A stretch of DNA of 51,818 nt from Acidimicrobiales bacterium (GCA_049964655.1 JBMFXC010000007.1:1-51818), one strand, 5' to 3'; positions 1-11,202 are shown, numbered from the stretch's first letter. The notes: generated by a model from the letters alone, not told the origin. Translations and numbers: made by a program.

Positions 1-56
1 GGATGAGGAGGATGAGGAGGATGAGGAGGAGGATGATGATGATGATGATGATGATG
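1..56. repeat. Microsatellite: (GGATGAGGA)x3 followed by (GAT)n
   Basis: Direct reading of bases 1-56. On the minus strand it is in frame with the signal-peptide ORF and reads poly-Ser. Confidence 0.9.
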
Positions 57-228
57 GCGACGATGTCGACGAGGTGAGCTGGGGAACGGCGGCGAACGCC
101 GTGGCGGGGACCGCGACCGCGGCGACGACGGTCACGGCCAGGGCGATGAGCCGCCTGCCGCGGCGGCTACCGGTCACCTTCTCGCCATTGGTGGGCTGAG
201 CGGGTCGTGGACGGGTCCTTCCGAACAT
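1..228 (-). CDS. Secreted serine-rich protein, N-terminal part (gene runs off the left window edge)
   Basis: ATG at 228-226 with AGGAGG (complement of 233-238) 4 nt upstream. Translation is MFGRTRPRPAQPTNGEKVTGSRRGRRLIALAVTVVAAVAVPATAFA/AVPQLTSSTSSP(S)n: basic n-region, hydrophobic core and AxA site, then poly-Ser encoded by the repeats at 1-56. Absent from the ORF track because it has no stop in the window. Confidence 0.55.
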   Translation of the reverse strand, partial: MFGRTRPRPAQPTNGEKVTGSRRGRRLIALAVTVVAAVAVPATAFAAVPQLTSSTSSPSSSSSSSSSSSSSSSSSS

Positions 229-288
229 GCTGCCTCCTGAGTCGCTACTAGGCACGCCCCAGCTTCGACGACAACCGTGTGGCCACCG

Positions 289-2817
289 TCAGGAAGATGT
301 GAGGGTTCGATGATGGCGGCGGCGGCGCCAACCGAGGACGACCAGCACCGCTGTTGCTACGACCGCAGCCCCCGAGAGGGCCTCGCCCGACGTCTCGGCA
401 GGAGTCGTCCCATAGCGCAGGGTGACGTGGTGGGAGGTCGGCACGACGACCATCAGGTTCGGGGCCACGCGCCAGGGACCGAGCGCTCCCTTGGCATGCC
501 AGTTGGGGAAGTACGACACCTTCACCTCGACCGGCACCCCGACGCGGCTCACCCGAAACGACACCGTGCTATTGGTCTGGCCCACGTGGTCGACCGTCGT
601 GGCCGGCTCCGGGACGACAGGAGGCTGGGTGTCCCCGGTCGGGACGCGCTGCCACGAGCGCGGTCCGCCTGCCGACGGTACGACGTCCCACCGGGCCGGG
701 TCGAGGTACCACGCCATGCTGGGCTGGAGCCAGCGGGACTGCGACTGGCCCACCCGCCACACCACCGGCTGGTTGGCCAGCGGCTGCACCAGTGGAGCGC
801 GCGCCACCCGGTAGACCTTCCAGACGAGGTCGAGCGCCTCGCCGTCGAAGGTCGTCCGCCACGGGCCCGTCTGCCCCACCAGGGTGAGTGCCGGATCGGC
901 GGCCGCCTGCTGCTCCACGACGGGCGACACCGCCAGGAAGTACCGGACCCCGAGCATCTGGAGGTGCTCGACGCCGAGCGGCACGTCGAGCCCGCCGTAA
1001 GGGAGGCTGACCATGGCGTCCGACGGCGCCGCGGACAGCTCGCTCTGGTCGATGAAGTGGTACGGCGTGGTGGCCGAGGACTCGAAGAGGAGCCCCTCCA
1101 TCGAGTCGATGCACCCGTTCGTCCAGTACGGAAGGAGCATGAGCGACATGGTGGTGCCGAATTGGCCGAGGTCCGGGCTGTTGTACTCCCACATGGCCCG
1201 TCCGCAACCGTCGGTCGCCCCGACGTGGGCCATCATGTCGACGACCGCCCGGTACTCGGGGTAGGCGGGTTTTCCCTGGTAACCGGCGTAGTTCCAGGTA
1301 GCCCAGGCGCTCGGCTGGTCGGCACCCACGGTCACGCCCACCTTGGCCAGTGCCGTGGCGGGGAGGACCATGGGTGGGACGACCACCAGGCACGCGGCCA
1401 AAAGGGCGACCAAGGGTCCTGCGACCGCACCCGCCGGCCACGAAGGTGGCGTAGGCCGGTGGAACCGGGTGATGCGCATGCCCGGCTGCCAGCCCGAGCC
1501 GTGCCCGGCGGCCCGGACGAGCCGGTCACGAGCGGCGATGCTCCAGCGCTCGTAGCGGCGGCGGCGCAACCATCGGGCCGAGGCCGAGACCACCTCGGCC
1601 ACGGCGATCCCGGCCAACAGGTCGAGGCAGAGGAACCACAGGGGCAGGAACCGGACGTTGTAGAGCTTCCCCTGAGGGTCGAGGATGACGGCGGCGGCCG
1701 ACAGCCCGCCCATGACGGAGACGAACCAGCCGACCCGGTTGCGGCGGACCACGGTGGCGACCAGGCCTACGGCGGCAGAGACCTGGAGCCAGCGGTCAGA
1801 AGCCGGGAAGAGCAGGTGGGGGAAGTTGCCGACGTTGACCCAGCCCATGTTGGTCGTATAGGGCAGGTCGATGGCGAAGGGAAGGAGCCACCAGGCAGTG
1901 AGGCCCATGCCCACCACGCCCACCACCGCACACCACCAGAACCGGCGGACCCACCGCGCCCGGGCAGCCCGGCGTAGCGCCGACGGCGGCCCGCCGAGCA
2001 GGGAACGCATCGTGATCAGGAGGTCGCCGTCGAGGACCAGCCAGACGATGGTCCCGACGATGACGAAGAAGGCGGCCACCAGGTGGCTGAGCACGGTGGC
2101 GGCCAGGAAGAGCACGGCGAGGGAGCGGTGGCGCCCGGTGCGCAGTCCGGCCGCCACCAAGCCCAGGGTGACGAGGGCGAGGGACAGCCCGAGCGAGTAG
2201 GCGTACTCCCCTGCCAGGGTGGACAGCAGGTTGCCACCGTCGATGGTGAAGCTGGACTCGAAGAGGAACGGGAGGGTGGCGGCAGCGAGGCACCCGGGTC
2301 CGGGGTCGCGCAGACCGGCCAGGCGTCCGAACAGGTAGGCGGCGACGGGCAGGGTGAGCGACCCGAGTGCCGTGACCACCTTGAAGGAGACGTCGTAGGA
2401 GAGGACGGCGTGGAGGACGACCGCGACGAAGGCCGAGAAGGGGAAGTAGAAGGTGTAGCCGGGGAAGCCGTCATACCAGGCGGGGTCCCAGCCCGACAGC
2501 TTGCCGTGGGCGAGCAGGTGAGCGAGGAAGGCCGGCATCATGACGTGGGCGCCGGTGTCGCCGCCGTCGGTCGTGGTGTTGGAGAGCAGCAGTGACGGGT
2601 GGAGCTGGGTGAGGACCACCACCGTGGCGCCCACCACCGCCAGCGCGGCCGCCCACGCCGGCCAAGGGGCGCTGCCCCGTCGAGGGCGGGGTTCGGTGGG
2701 GCGGACCTGGTCGGGAGCGCCCGACCTCGGCTCGACGCCCGACCTCGGTTCGACGCCCGACCTCGGCTCGACGCCCGACGACGGCTCGACGCCCGACGAC
2801 GGCACGACCCGGCTCAC
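289..2817 (-). CDS. Large polytopic membrane protein, GT-C-like (putative lipid-linked-sugar glycosyltransferase)
   Basis: ORF 289..3057 trimmed to the in-frame GTG at 2817-2815, right after the TAG (2822-2820) of the upstream CPBP gene. Many hydrophobic segments in the N-terminal half (GWDPAWYDGFPGYTFYFPF.., WWLLPFAIDLPYTTNMGW..), a roughly 450-aa soluble C-terminal domain and a terminal TM anchor. It resembles PTPS-related/YfhO-type membrane proteins (from memory, not searched). Confidence 0.78.
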   Translation of the reverse strand: MSRVVPSSGVEPSSGVEPRSGVEPRSGVEPRSGAPDQVRPTEPRPRRGSAPWPAWAAALAVVGATVVVLTQLHPSLLLSNTTTDGGDTGAHVMMPAFLAHLLAHGKLSGWDPAWYDGFPGYTFYFPFSAFVAVVLHAVLSYDVSFKVVTALGSLTLPVAAYLFGRLAGLRDPGPGCLAAATLPFLFESSFTIDGGNLLSTLAGEYAYSLGLSLALVTLGLVAAGLRTGRHRSLAVLFLAATVLSHLVAAFFVIVGTIVWLVLDGDLLITMRSLLGGPPSALRRAARARWVRRFWWCAVVGVVGMGLTAWWLLPFAIDLPYTTNMGWVNVGNFPHLLFPASDRWLQVSAAVGLVATVVRRNRVGWFVSVMGGLSAAAVILDPQGKLYNVRFLPLWFLCLDLLAGIAVAEVVSASARWLRRRRYERWSIAARDRLVRAAGHGSGWQPGMRITRFHRPTPPSWPAGAVAGPLVALLAACLVVVPPMVLPATALAKVGVTVGADQPSAWATWNYAGYQGKPAYPEYRAVVDMMAHVGATDGCGRAMWEYNSPDLGQFGTTMSLMLLPYWTNGCIDSMEGLLFESSATTPYHFIDQSELSAAPSDAMVSLPYGGLDVPLGVEHLQMLGVRYFLAVSPVVEQQAAADPALTLVGQTGPWRTTFDGEALDLVWKVYRVARAPLVQPLANQPVVWRVGQSQSRWLQPSMAWYLDPARWDVVPSAGGPRSWQRVPTGDTQPPVVPEPATTVDHVGQTNSTVSFRVSRVGVPVEVKVSYFPNWHAKGALGPWRVAPNLMVVVPTSHHVTLRYGTTPAETSGEALSGAAVVATAVLVVLGWRRRRHHRTLTSS
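2719..2808. repeat. 18-bp tandem repeat x5 (GCCCGACCTCGGCTCGAC and variants), coding
   Basis: Five consecutive 18-bp units read directly. They encode (S/R)SGVEP x5 in the N-terminal tail of the 289..2817 protein. Confidence 0.9.
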
Positions 2818-2819
2818 GG

Positions 2820-3818
2820 CTAGAGCACCAACCCCGTCCCGGTGTGCAACATGGCCACCACGGCGACCAGGTTGAACGACGCGTGGGCGATCATGTTCAT
2901 CCCGAGGCGCCCGGTCCGGTAGGAGACGGCGGAGAGGATGATGCCGAAGGTGGCCAGGCCGAGGAGCTGGAGCGACTCGGCATGCGCCAAGCCGAAGAGC
3001 ACGCCGGTCGCCACCACCGCCAGCACGGGGCCCAGTCTCCGCCCGAGCCCACCGCACAGACGCACCAGCGCTCGTAGGAGCAGGCCGCGGAAGAACAGCT
3101 CCTCGAAGAACGGGGCACCGACGATCGTGGCCAGTGCGATCACCACGAACCCCAGCCCGTGCGACCCACCGGTCAGCCGTTGGCTCGGCGCGTCGAAGCG
3201 CTGGTTGAAGTGGGGAACCAGGTGGGAGATGGGCAGGTAGATGAGCACGACGAGCAGCTGCCCACCGACCCCGATGGCGATACCGGCCAGGTCGACGGCC
3301 CGAAAGCGGAGCCCGACGTCACGAGCCAGTCGTCCCGTCCCACGCACGGCGCTGGCCAGCCAGGGCCCGATGGCAAAGCCCGCCCACAGCCCCAGCAGCG
3401 TCGAGACGATGTACCAGGTCGGCGGTTCGTTCAGGCTCGCCACACGTGACAGGTCGTGCAGGCTCCCGGTTGCCGCCGCCGCCAGGGCGGCGAAGATGGC
3501 GGCCACCACCTGTCCGATGACGAACCCAAGTCCGGCACAGAAGAGCCACCATCCCGCCGAACCAGGGGTGGCGGGTGCCGCTCCCTGGGCCAGTTGCGCG
3601 GCGAGCGAGCCTCCGTCGCCATCGCCCGGCTGGTCGGGTGCCGACCACGACGGCACAGGTGCACCCGGCGGAGGGACCCACCCCGGCGGGGGGACCCACC
3701 CCGGCGGGGGGACCCAGTCGGGCGGGGGTGGAACGGCAGCCGGTGGCGCCCACGGCGCCGGTTGGCCGGACGGGCGCACACGGCCGGCGTCGTCGCTGCC
3801 CTCGGGCCACTCGGTCAC
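2820..3818 (-). CDS. CPBP family intramembrane glutamic endopeptidase (CAAX protease-like) with a Pro/Trp-rich N-terminal tail
   Basis: Motifs FFEELFFRGLLL, LFGLAHA and HASFN match the three conserved CPBP (PF02517-type) motifs. Multiple TM segments. GTG start at 3818-3816. The N-terminus contains PPPDWVPPPGWVPPPGWVPPPG. Confidence 0.9.
   Translation of the reverse strand: MTEWPEGSDDAGRVRPSGQPAPWAPPAAVPPPPDWVPPPGWVPPPGWVPPPGAPVPSWSAPDQPGDGDGGSLAAQLAQGAAPATPGSAGWWLFCAGLGFVIGQVVAAIFAALAAAATGSLHDLSRVASLNEPPTWYIVSTLLGLWAGFAIGPWLASAVRGTGRLARDVGLRFRAVDLAGIAIGVGGQLLVVLIYLPISHLVPHFNQRFDAPSQRLTGGSHGLGFVVIALATIVGAPFFEELFFRGLLLRALVRLCGGLGRRLGPVLAVVATGVLFGLAHAESLQLLGLATFGIILSAVSYRTGRLGMNMIAHASFNLVAVVAMLHTGTGLVL
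3669..3722. repeat. 18-bp tandem repeat x3, coding (PPPGWV)
   Basis: The unit CGG(A/G)GGGACCCACCCCGG is repeated three times. It encodes GWVPPP repeats on the minus strand. Confidence 0.85.
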
Positions 3819-4001
3819 CCCGTCACGTTATCGACCGGCACCTCAGCGGCGGCGGCGGCCTCCTTCGAGCCCGCGGCGGTCCCCCGCCAGGTTCTCCGGT
3901 CGGCCACCAGGTGCTCCGGCCGGATCGACGGACGGGACCAGTCGCCGATCTCACGCCAGCCCGATGCGCCACGGAGCCCAGCTGGCGCATAGCATGGCGG
4001 G

Positions 4002-6251
<2,250 letters not shown>

Positions 6252-6264
6252 ACCGCTGAGGGCC

Positions 6265-6346
6265 CCGCCGGCCTTCGGCAACCCGCCGGCCTTCGGCAAC
6301 CCGCCGGCCTTCGGCGAACCTGCCGGCCTTCGGCAACCCGCCGGCC
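6265..6346. repeat. Intergenic 18/19-bp tandem repeat x4.5 (CCGCCGGCCTTCGGCAAC)
   Basis: Units at 6265-6282, 6283-6300, 6301-6319 and 6320-6337, plus a partial unit at 6338-6346. The array starts 14 nt after the ftsH stop, between convergent genes. Each unit contains GCC-TTC-GGC, a small stem-loop. Confidence 0.9.
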
Positions 6347-6418
6347 GCCCGCAGCGTTCGCTTTCACCCCGGTCCTGACCGTTCCTCGAGCGAGGGTCGG
6401 GACGCGGGAGGATCGGGC

Positions 6419-7876
6419 TCAGGACGCCAGCCGCTCCACATACGGAATGGCCGGCACCACCACCACGCCCGGAGCTCCGGCCGGGGCGGCGTGCGCCTCG
6501 ACGACGACCGGGGCGCTCGCCCGGACGACCACGGGACCGACCCCGGCCATGAGCGGGCCAGGGACGACACCGACACCGTCCCCGACCACGGCGACGCGAC
6601 GGAGCACGCGTCCGGTGGCGAGCGAGCTGATCGACACGTCGACCGGCACCTCGGCCGGGTCGGCAACGGCGAGGTCGGAGAGCACCGCGCCGGCCACCGT
6701 TGGCGCACCGACCGGGGACGGCCCGGGGACCAGCCACTGCTGGGCCGGGGCCCCGGTACCCAGCCACGAGCCGGTCTTCGGGGGGGCGGCGGACGTCGGC
6801 GCCGTGACGATCCTGGCTGCTATCACCGGGGCTCCGGCCGTCACCTCCACCCCGAACGGCGTGCCGGTGGGGAGCCCTCCGGTCGACGTGAGGTCGACGG
6901 TGACCAGCGCCCGGCCGGGCACCACGACACGGCGGGGCAGAACGGTCGCCTGGCCCAGCTCGAAGGAGATGGTGGCAGTGGTGTCGACCGCACCCGGGTT
7001 GGCCACCTCGATGATCGAGGTCGAGCCCGGGGTGGCGTCCGTGTCGGCAAACGACCACGACGTCCGGGAGGCACGGGCCCCGAGCACCAGCGACAGCCCG
7101 GTACCACCCGCCCACTGCTCGAGCTCGTCGGCCACCACCGAGCCGGACTCCGTCGTCACGAGGGTGGCCACCGCCGCGGCGTTCTGGACATAGGTGCCCA
7201 CGTCCTCGCTCACGAGCTGGCCCGGCGCAAGGTCGATCCCCTGGTAGGGAGCGGGGACGACCGCCCCCGACGGGGTGAGGAAGGTGACGTCGGCCACGGT
7301 CGGTGCCGCCGTCGGGTCGAGCAGGGACAAGGTGAGCGAGCTGCCACCGGCTGTCGACCCACCGGCAAGGACGAGCGACTGGGCGGGACGAGTCGCGCAC
7401 GGGGCTGCGGCCCACCCACCGCTGCCGCGGACCACCTGGGTCGCCACCACCCCACCGCCTCCGAAGACGAACGACGAGGCCATCGGTCCCGCCGGCAGGC
7501 CCACCGTCGGGTCCACCGACACCGACGCATGAGACGGGACGACGAGCGTCGTCGCCTGACCAGCCGGGTGGTCGGAAGACCCCGGCACGGCCGTCCGCAT
7601 GGTGGCACGCACGGGGTGTGCCCCCGTGTTCGTGAGGTAGACCACCGGGTCGGCGGGCTGGCCTGGTCCTGCCGTACCACCGGCACAAAAGGCCGCCGAA
7701 GCAGTGGCCGCCGGGTCGCCGACCACTGCGGTCCCGACCACCTGGGCACGGGACGGGAGCGTGTGACCGACCACGGCGTCGACGACCCCGCCGATCGCCA
7801 CGACCACCACCACCACGAGGGCGAGCAGCGGGCGGGCCCGGTCGGACCGGCCCTGGCGTCGCGCCGACGCCGTCAC
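6419..7876 (-). CDS. Membrane-anchored extracytoplasmic protein, DUF5719-like partner of the upstream giant glycosyltransferase
   Basis: ORF 6419..8143 trimmed to the GTG at 7876-7874, which overlaps the TGA (7875-7873) of the upstream gene (GTGA). N-terminal basic stretch plus a TM segment (LLALVVVVVVAIGGVV), then an Ala/Val/Gly/Thr-rich soluble domain. The family name comes from the remembered actinobacterial gene order GT2(~1100 aa)-DUF5719 and was not searched. Confidence 0.68.
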   Translation of the reverse strand: MTASARRQGRSDRARPLLALVVVVVVAIGGVVDAVVGHTLPSRAQVVGTAVVGDPAATASAAFCAGGTAGPGQPADPVVYLTNTGAHPVRATMRTAVPGSSDHPAGQATTLVVPSHASVSVDPTVGLPAGPMASSFVFGGGGVVATQVVRGSGGWAAAPCATRPAQSLVLAGGSTAGGSSLTLSLLDPTAAPTVADVTFLTPSGAVVPAPYQGIDLAPGQLVSEDVGTYVQNAAAVATLVTTESGSVVADELEQWAGGTGLSLVLGARASRTSWSFADTDATPGSTSIIEVANPGAVDTTATISFELGQATVLPRRVVVPGRALVTVDLTSTGGLPTGTPFGVEVTAGAPVIAARIVTAPTSAAPPKTGSWLGTGAPAQQWLVPGPSPVGAPTVAGAVLSDLAVADPAEVPVDVSISSLATGRVLRRVAVVGDGVGVVPGPLMAGVGPVVVRASAPVVVEAHAAPAGAPGVVVVPAIPYVERLAS

Positions 7877-10800
7877 GCCTGCTCCGGAGGTCGTGGCGGG
7901 CCGGGCTCGGGTCGCTCGTCGTGCGCTGTCAGTGGAGCAGTGCGGTCCTTCCGGTGCCGGAAGCGGAGGAGCAACGGACGTCGAGCCACCGTCAGGGCCC
8001 ACCGAGGCCGCCCCCCCACGGAGACCATCAGCACGGCCAGCCAGGCGAGGACGACGTAGATCGTCGCCACGACCGGCAGAGCACCGCCGTCGAAGCTCAG
8101 GCTGGCCGGTCCGGGGCGTGCCACGGCATAGGTGGCGACCCAACCGGAGGTGAGTCGCTCCGGCGCCGGTCCGGCCGCCCCTACCAGGTGCCAGCGGGAG
8201 GCGGGTGCCAGGGCGGCCACCACCGTGCCCCGACGCAGCGAGCCGCCGAAGCTGGTGCCAGAGGGACGACCGGCCAGCACGGGCGTGGCCCCGGCAAGGA
8301 CCGGACTGCCCGGGGCCCGGTCGACCAGCCCCGGCTCGGAGAGCGTCCCGGGCAGACCGGTGCGCGCGGCGACTTCGGCGCGCACCGGGATCCAGGCCAG
8401 GTTCTGGTAGACGGTGATCCCCCCTTGCGCGAGCACGGGTGTCAGGTCGAGCTGACGGGAGAGCGCCGGCAGCAGGTTGGCCGGGAGCGGGAACGTCGTG
8501 GGCTGCTGGAGCCCGGGGATCAACGGAGCAAGCGAGCCCACAACGACGATGTAGCGGACACCGGCCGGCGCCAGAAGGCTACCGACCTGGTCGGTCAGGC
8601 CCGAGCTCGCCTCGGTCACCGCTTGGGCAAGGCGGGACGCTGGCCCCGGTGCGGCTGCGTCCCACAACCACATCGCGTTAGCCGGACCATCCTCCGAGGT
8701 GGCATAGGCGAGGCCGTCGCCGACCGGCCACGACGCCTGGGTGAGCGAACGAGGGTCGCCGAGCCAGAGCACACGGAAGGCGCCCTCCCGTCGCTGTGCC
8801 GCCATCCAGTTCACCGTCTGGGCGAAGTCCGTGGTGGGAAGGTCGAACCGCCCGGGCAACGCCGACGCCAGGGTGGGGAGCGCACCGAGGACGACAGCCG
8901 CCGCCGCTACCCCTGCGGCGAGCTGGCGCCACCCGAAGGCGGCGACCCGGAGGTCCTCCTCGAAGGCGACGACGCCGGCACCGATGGCCACGGCCAGGCC
9001 GGCGGCGGCGACCGTCAGCACCACGGCGGGCTCGAGTGCCACCACGCCGGTCCAACCTCGGGCTGACGCCCACGCAGCGACCCACGCGGCGACGACGAGC
9101 GCCCAGCACCGTCCGGCCCACGCCGCCCGCGTCGAGCGTCCGAGAAGGAGCGGCAACAGCGCCGCCAGGGCGAACCCCCACGCCAGCGGTGAGTCGCCGA
9201 TCGGCCCCAGCGAGAGGCGCACGATGGTGCCCCAGCTCGGTGCGCCGATGGCCGTGGTCGGCGTCCCGAGCACGGACCACGCGCTGCCGCCGGCGCTCAC
9301 CACCCCGACGAGCCAGGGCAGGCACAAGAGAGCGGCGACGGCCGTCGCCCCGGCGGTGGCGGCGGCGACCCGCCGAGCGGCACCGCGATCGCCGACGACC
9401 AGGTCGACGACGACCAGGACCACACCCGCCCCCACGACGAGCAATGCGGCAGCCGGCACGAACGAGACGAGGACGGCTTCGAGCAGGCCCAGGCGCACCA
9501 CCGTGCGGGCCAGGCCGACCCGTCGGCGATGGTAGGGGGGGCGGGCGGACGCCCCGAAGAGGAGCCCGAGGACCCACGGCATGCCGGCGTAGGTGACCAG
9601 CACGTCGAGGCGGCCCTGGGCGAGGGCGTCGTAGGGCAACGGCATGGCCAGGTAGGCGATACCGGCGACCGTTGCCGCCCGCTGCGAACCGAACGGCCGC
9701 ACGGCCGAGACGGCCCCCCAGGCGCCGAGGGGCAGACAGCCCAGCACCACCACCTTCTCGGCGAGGCCCATGGCTCCAAAGAGGACCGTTCCGAGCACGC
9801 CGAGGAGCGCGAAGGCCGGGGTCGCCGGTGCCGCCTGCCCGACACCGGCCGGGTGCCAGCTGGCGGCAAACTGCGTGAAGGTCGCCGACCAGCTCGGGAA
9901 GGGGACGAACTGGCCGACGACGGGGATCGATCCCACGAGCAGGCTGCGCACCCCCACCACGAGCACGAGGGCGGCGGTCAGCCAGATGGCGGCGCTCACC
10001 TGTGGTGCCAGGGCGCCGCGCCTCCCGGCGGAGGCACGGTCGTCCTCGGCCGTGGCATCGTCGGCGGGCACAAGCCCCGCCTCGTCTGGCACGTCGAGGT
10101 CGTCGAAGGTGTCAGGGTCGAGGTGCGCTCCCTTGAAGCCACGCTCGACCAGGCGCTCTCCGTACGCAGAGAGCCGACTGCTCCCGCCGACCTGTAGCGA
10201 GCGCACCTCGCGGTCGCTCAGCTGCCGCGTCGCCTTCACCGCACGCCGGGCAGCCCGCAGCTCCCGCCCGCGGCCGAGGTTCCATCGCCAGGCACGGATG
10301 ACGGCCACGGCCCGGTCACGGTCGCCGGCGATGGTGGCCACCACCACCTCGGCCACCGCCAGCACGACGACCTGGGGAAGCACGCGCACCAGATGGCCCG
10401 TGCTGTAGCAGGTCAAGACCGCGGCGAGCTCGTGCCGACGCTGGAGCTCGCGCAGGGTGACCGGACGGGCCCCGGCTCGGGGCGCTCCCACCAGGGAGGG
10501 CTCCAGCGGCCGCTGCCCGGAGGCCAGCACCTCGCGATGGCGCACCACGGCGTCGGGAGCGACGATGACCCGTGCCCCGGCCACCTGGGCGCGCCACGAG
10601 AGGTCGAGGTCCTCCCCCATGGCCACGATGTCCCGGTCGAAGCCTCCGAGCGCAGCGAACAGGTCGGCACGCACCAGCGTGCAGCCACCCGGCGCCACGA
10701 ACACGTCCCGAACGGCGTCGTGCTGCCCGTGGTCGATCTCGAAGGGCTGGACCCGGTCGACGACCGAGCCGCCTTTGTCAAGCGCCATCCCCACATGGAG

Positions 10801-11202
10801 GAGCCGGGTGGGGTCGTCCCAGCTGACGAACTTGGGTGAGACGACCCCGGCGTTCGACCGGAACGCCTCCTCGACGAGCCGGTGCACGGCGTCAGGGGCA
10901 AGTGCGACGTCGTCGTGGCAGAAGAGGTAGTAGGCCGCACCCTCCACCATCGAACGGACCTCGTCGGCGGCGGCGGCGAAGCCGACGTTCGCTTCGAGGC
11001 GACGCACGAAGGCATCGGGGAGCCGGGCTGCCACACGCTCGGCCACGGTGGGGCCACCGTCGTCCGGACTTGCCGCGTCGAGGACCAGGACGGACAGCTC
11101 CGGATAGTCCTGCTCGGCCAACGAGCCCAACGCCTCGTCGAACCACTCACCGGGCTGGTGGGCGACGACGACGGCGACGACCGGCGGGGCCAGGGCATCC
11201 AT
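7873..11202 (-). CDS. Giant glycosyltransferase: N-terminal GT2 (GT-A) domain fused to a roughly 750-aa polytopic membrane domain
   Basis: Start taken at ATG 11202-11200 (MDALAPPVVAVVVAHQPGEWFDEALGSLAEQDYPELSVLVLDAAS.., a typical GT2 N-terminus). CHDD and GEDLDLSWR motifs are present. The remainder has many TM helices. Confidence 0.85.
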   Translation of the reverse strand: MDALAPPVVAVVVAHQPGEWFDEALGSLAEQDYPELSVLVLDAASPDDGGPTVAERVAARLPDAFVRRLEANVGFAAAADEVRSMVEGAAYYLFCHDDVALAPDAVHRLVEEAFRSNAGVVSPKFVSWDDPTRLLHVGMALDKGGSVVDRVQPFEIDHGQHDAVRDVFVAPGGCTLVRADLFAALGGFDRDIVAMGEDLDLSWRAQVAGARVIVAPDAVVRHREVLASGQRPLEPSLVGAPRAGARPVTLRELQRRHELAAVLTCYSTGHLVRVLPQVVVLAVAEVVVATIAGDRDRAVAVIRAWRWNLGRGRELRAARRAVKATRQLSDREVRSLQVGGSSRLSAYGERLVERGFKGAHLDPDTFDDLDVPDEAGLVPADDATAEDDRASAGRRGALAPQVSAAIWLTAALVLVVGVRSLLVGSIPVVGQFVPFPSWSATFTQFAASWHPAGVGQAAPATPAFALLGVLGTVLFGAMGLAEKVVVLGCLPLGAWGAVSAVRPFGSQRAATVAGIAYLAMPLPYDALAQGRLDVLVTYAGMPWVLGLLFGASARPPYHRRRVGLARTVVRLGLLEAVLVSFVPAAALLVVGAGVVLVVVDLVVGDRGAARRVAAATAGATAVAALLCLPWLVGVVSAGGSAWSVLGTPTTAIGAPSWGTIVRLSLGPIGDSPLAWGFALAALLPLLLGRSTRAAWAGRCWALVVAAWVAAWASARGWTGVVALEPAVVLTVAAAGLAVAIGAGVVAFEEDLRVAAFGWRQLAAGVAAAAVVLGALPTLASALPGRFDLPTTDFAQTVNWMAAQRREGAFRVLWLGDPRSLTQASWPVGDGLAYATSEDGPANAMWLWDAAAPGPASRLAQAVTEASSGLTDQVGSLLAPAGVRYIVVVGSLAPLIPGLQQPTTFPLPANLLPALSRQLDLTPVLAQGGITVYQNLAWIPVRAEVAARTGLPGTLSEPGLVDRAPGSPVLAGATPVLAGRPSGTSFGGSLRRGTVVAALAPASRWHLVGAAGPAPERLTSGWVATYAVARPGPASLSFDGGALPVVATIYVVLAWLAVLMVSVGGRPRWALTVARRPLLLRFRHRKDRTAPLTAHDERPEPGPPRPPEQA

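Noticed and set aside
1-56. Poly-histidine or poly-Asp/Glu tract encoded by (GAT)n/(GAGGAT)n
   Set aside because: No start codon or continuous ORF supports the + strand Asp/Glu frame or the minus-strand His frame. The minus-strand Ser frame is contiguous with a strong RBS, ATG and signal peptide.
6265-6346. Possible CRISPR array or coding PAFGNP repeat (ORF 5779..6378)
   Set aside because: The units are directly adjacent with no spacers, so this is not CRISPR. The array lies beyond the ftsH stop in another frame of a shadow ORF, so it is not coding. The same reasoning excludes CRISPR for all other tandem arrays in the window.
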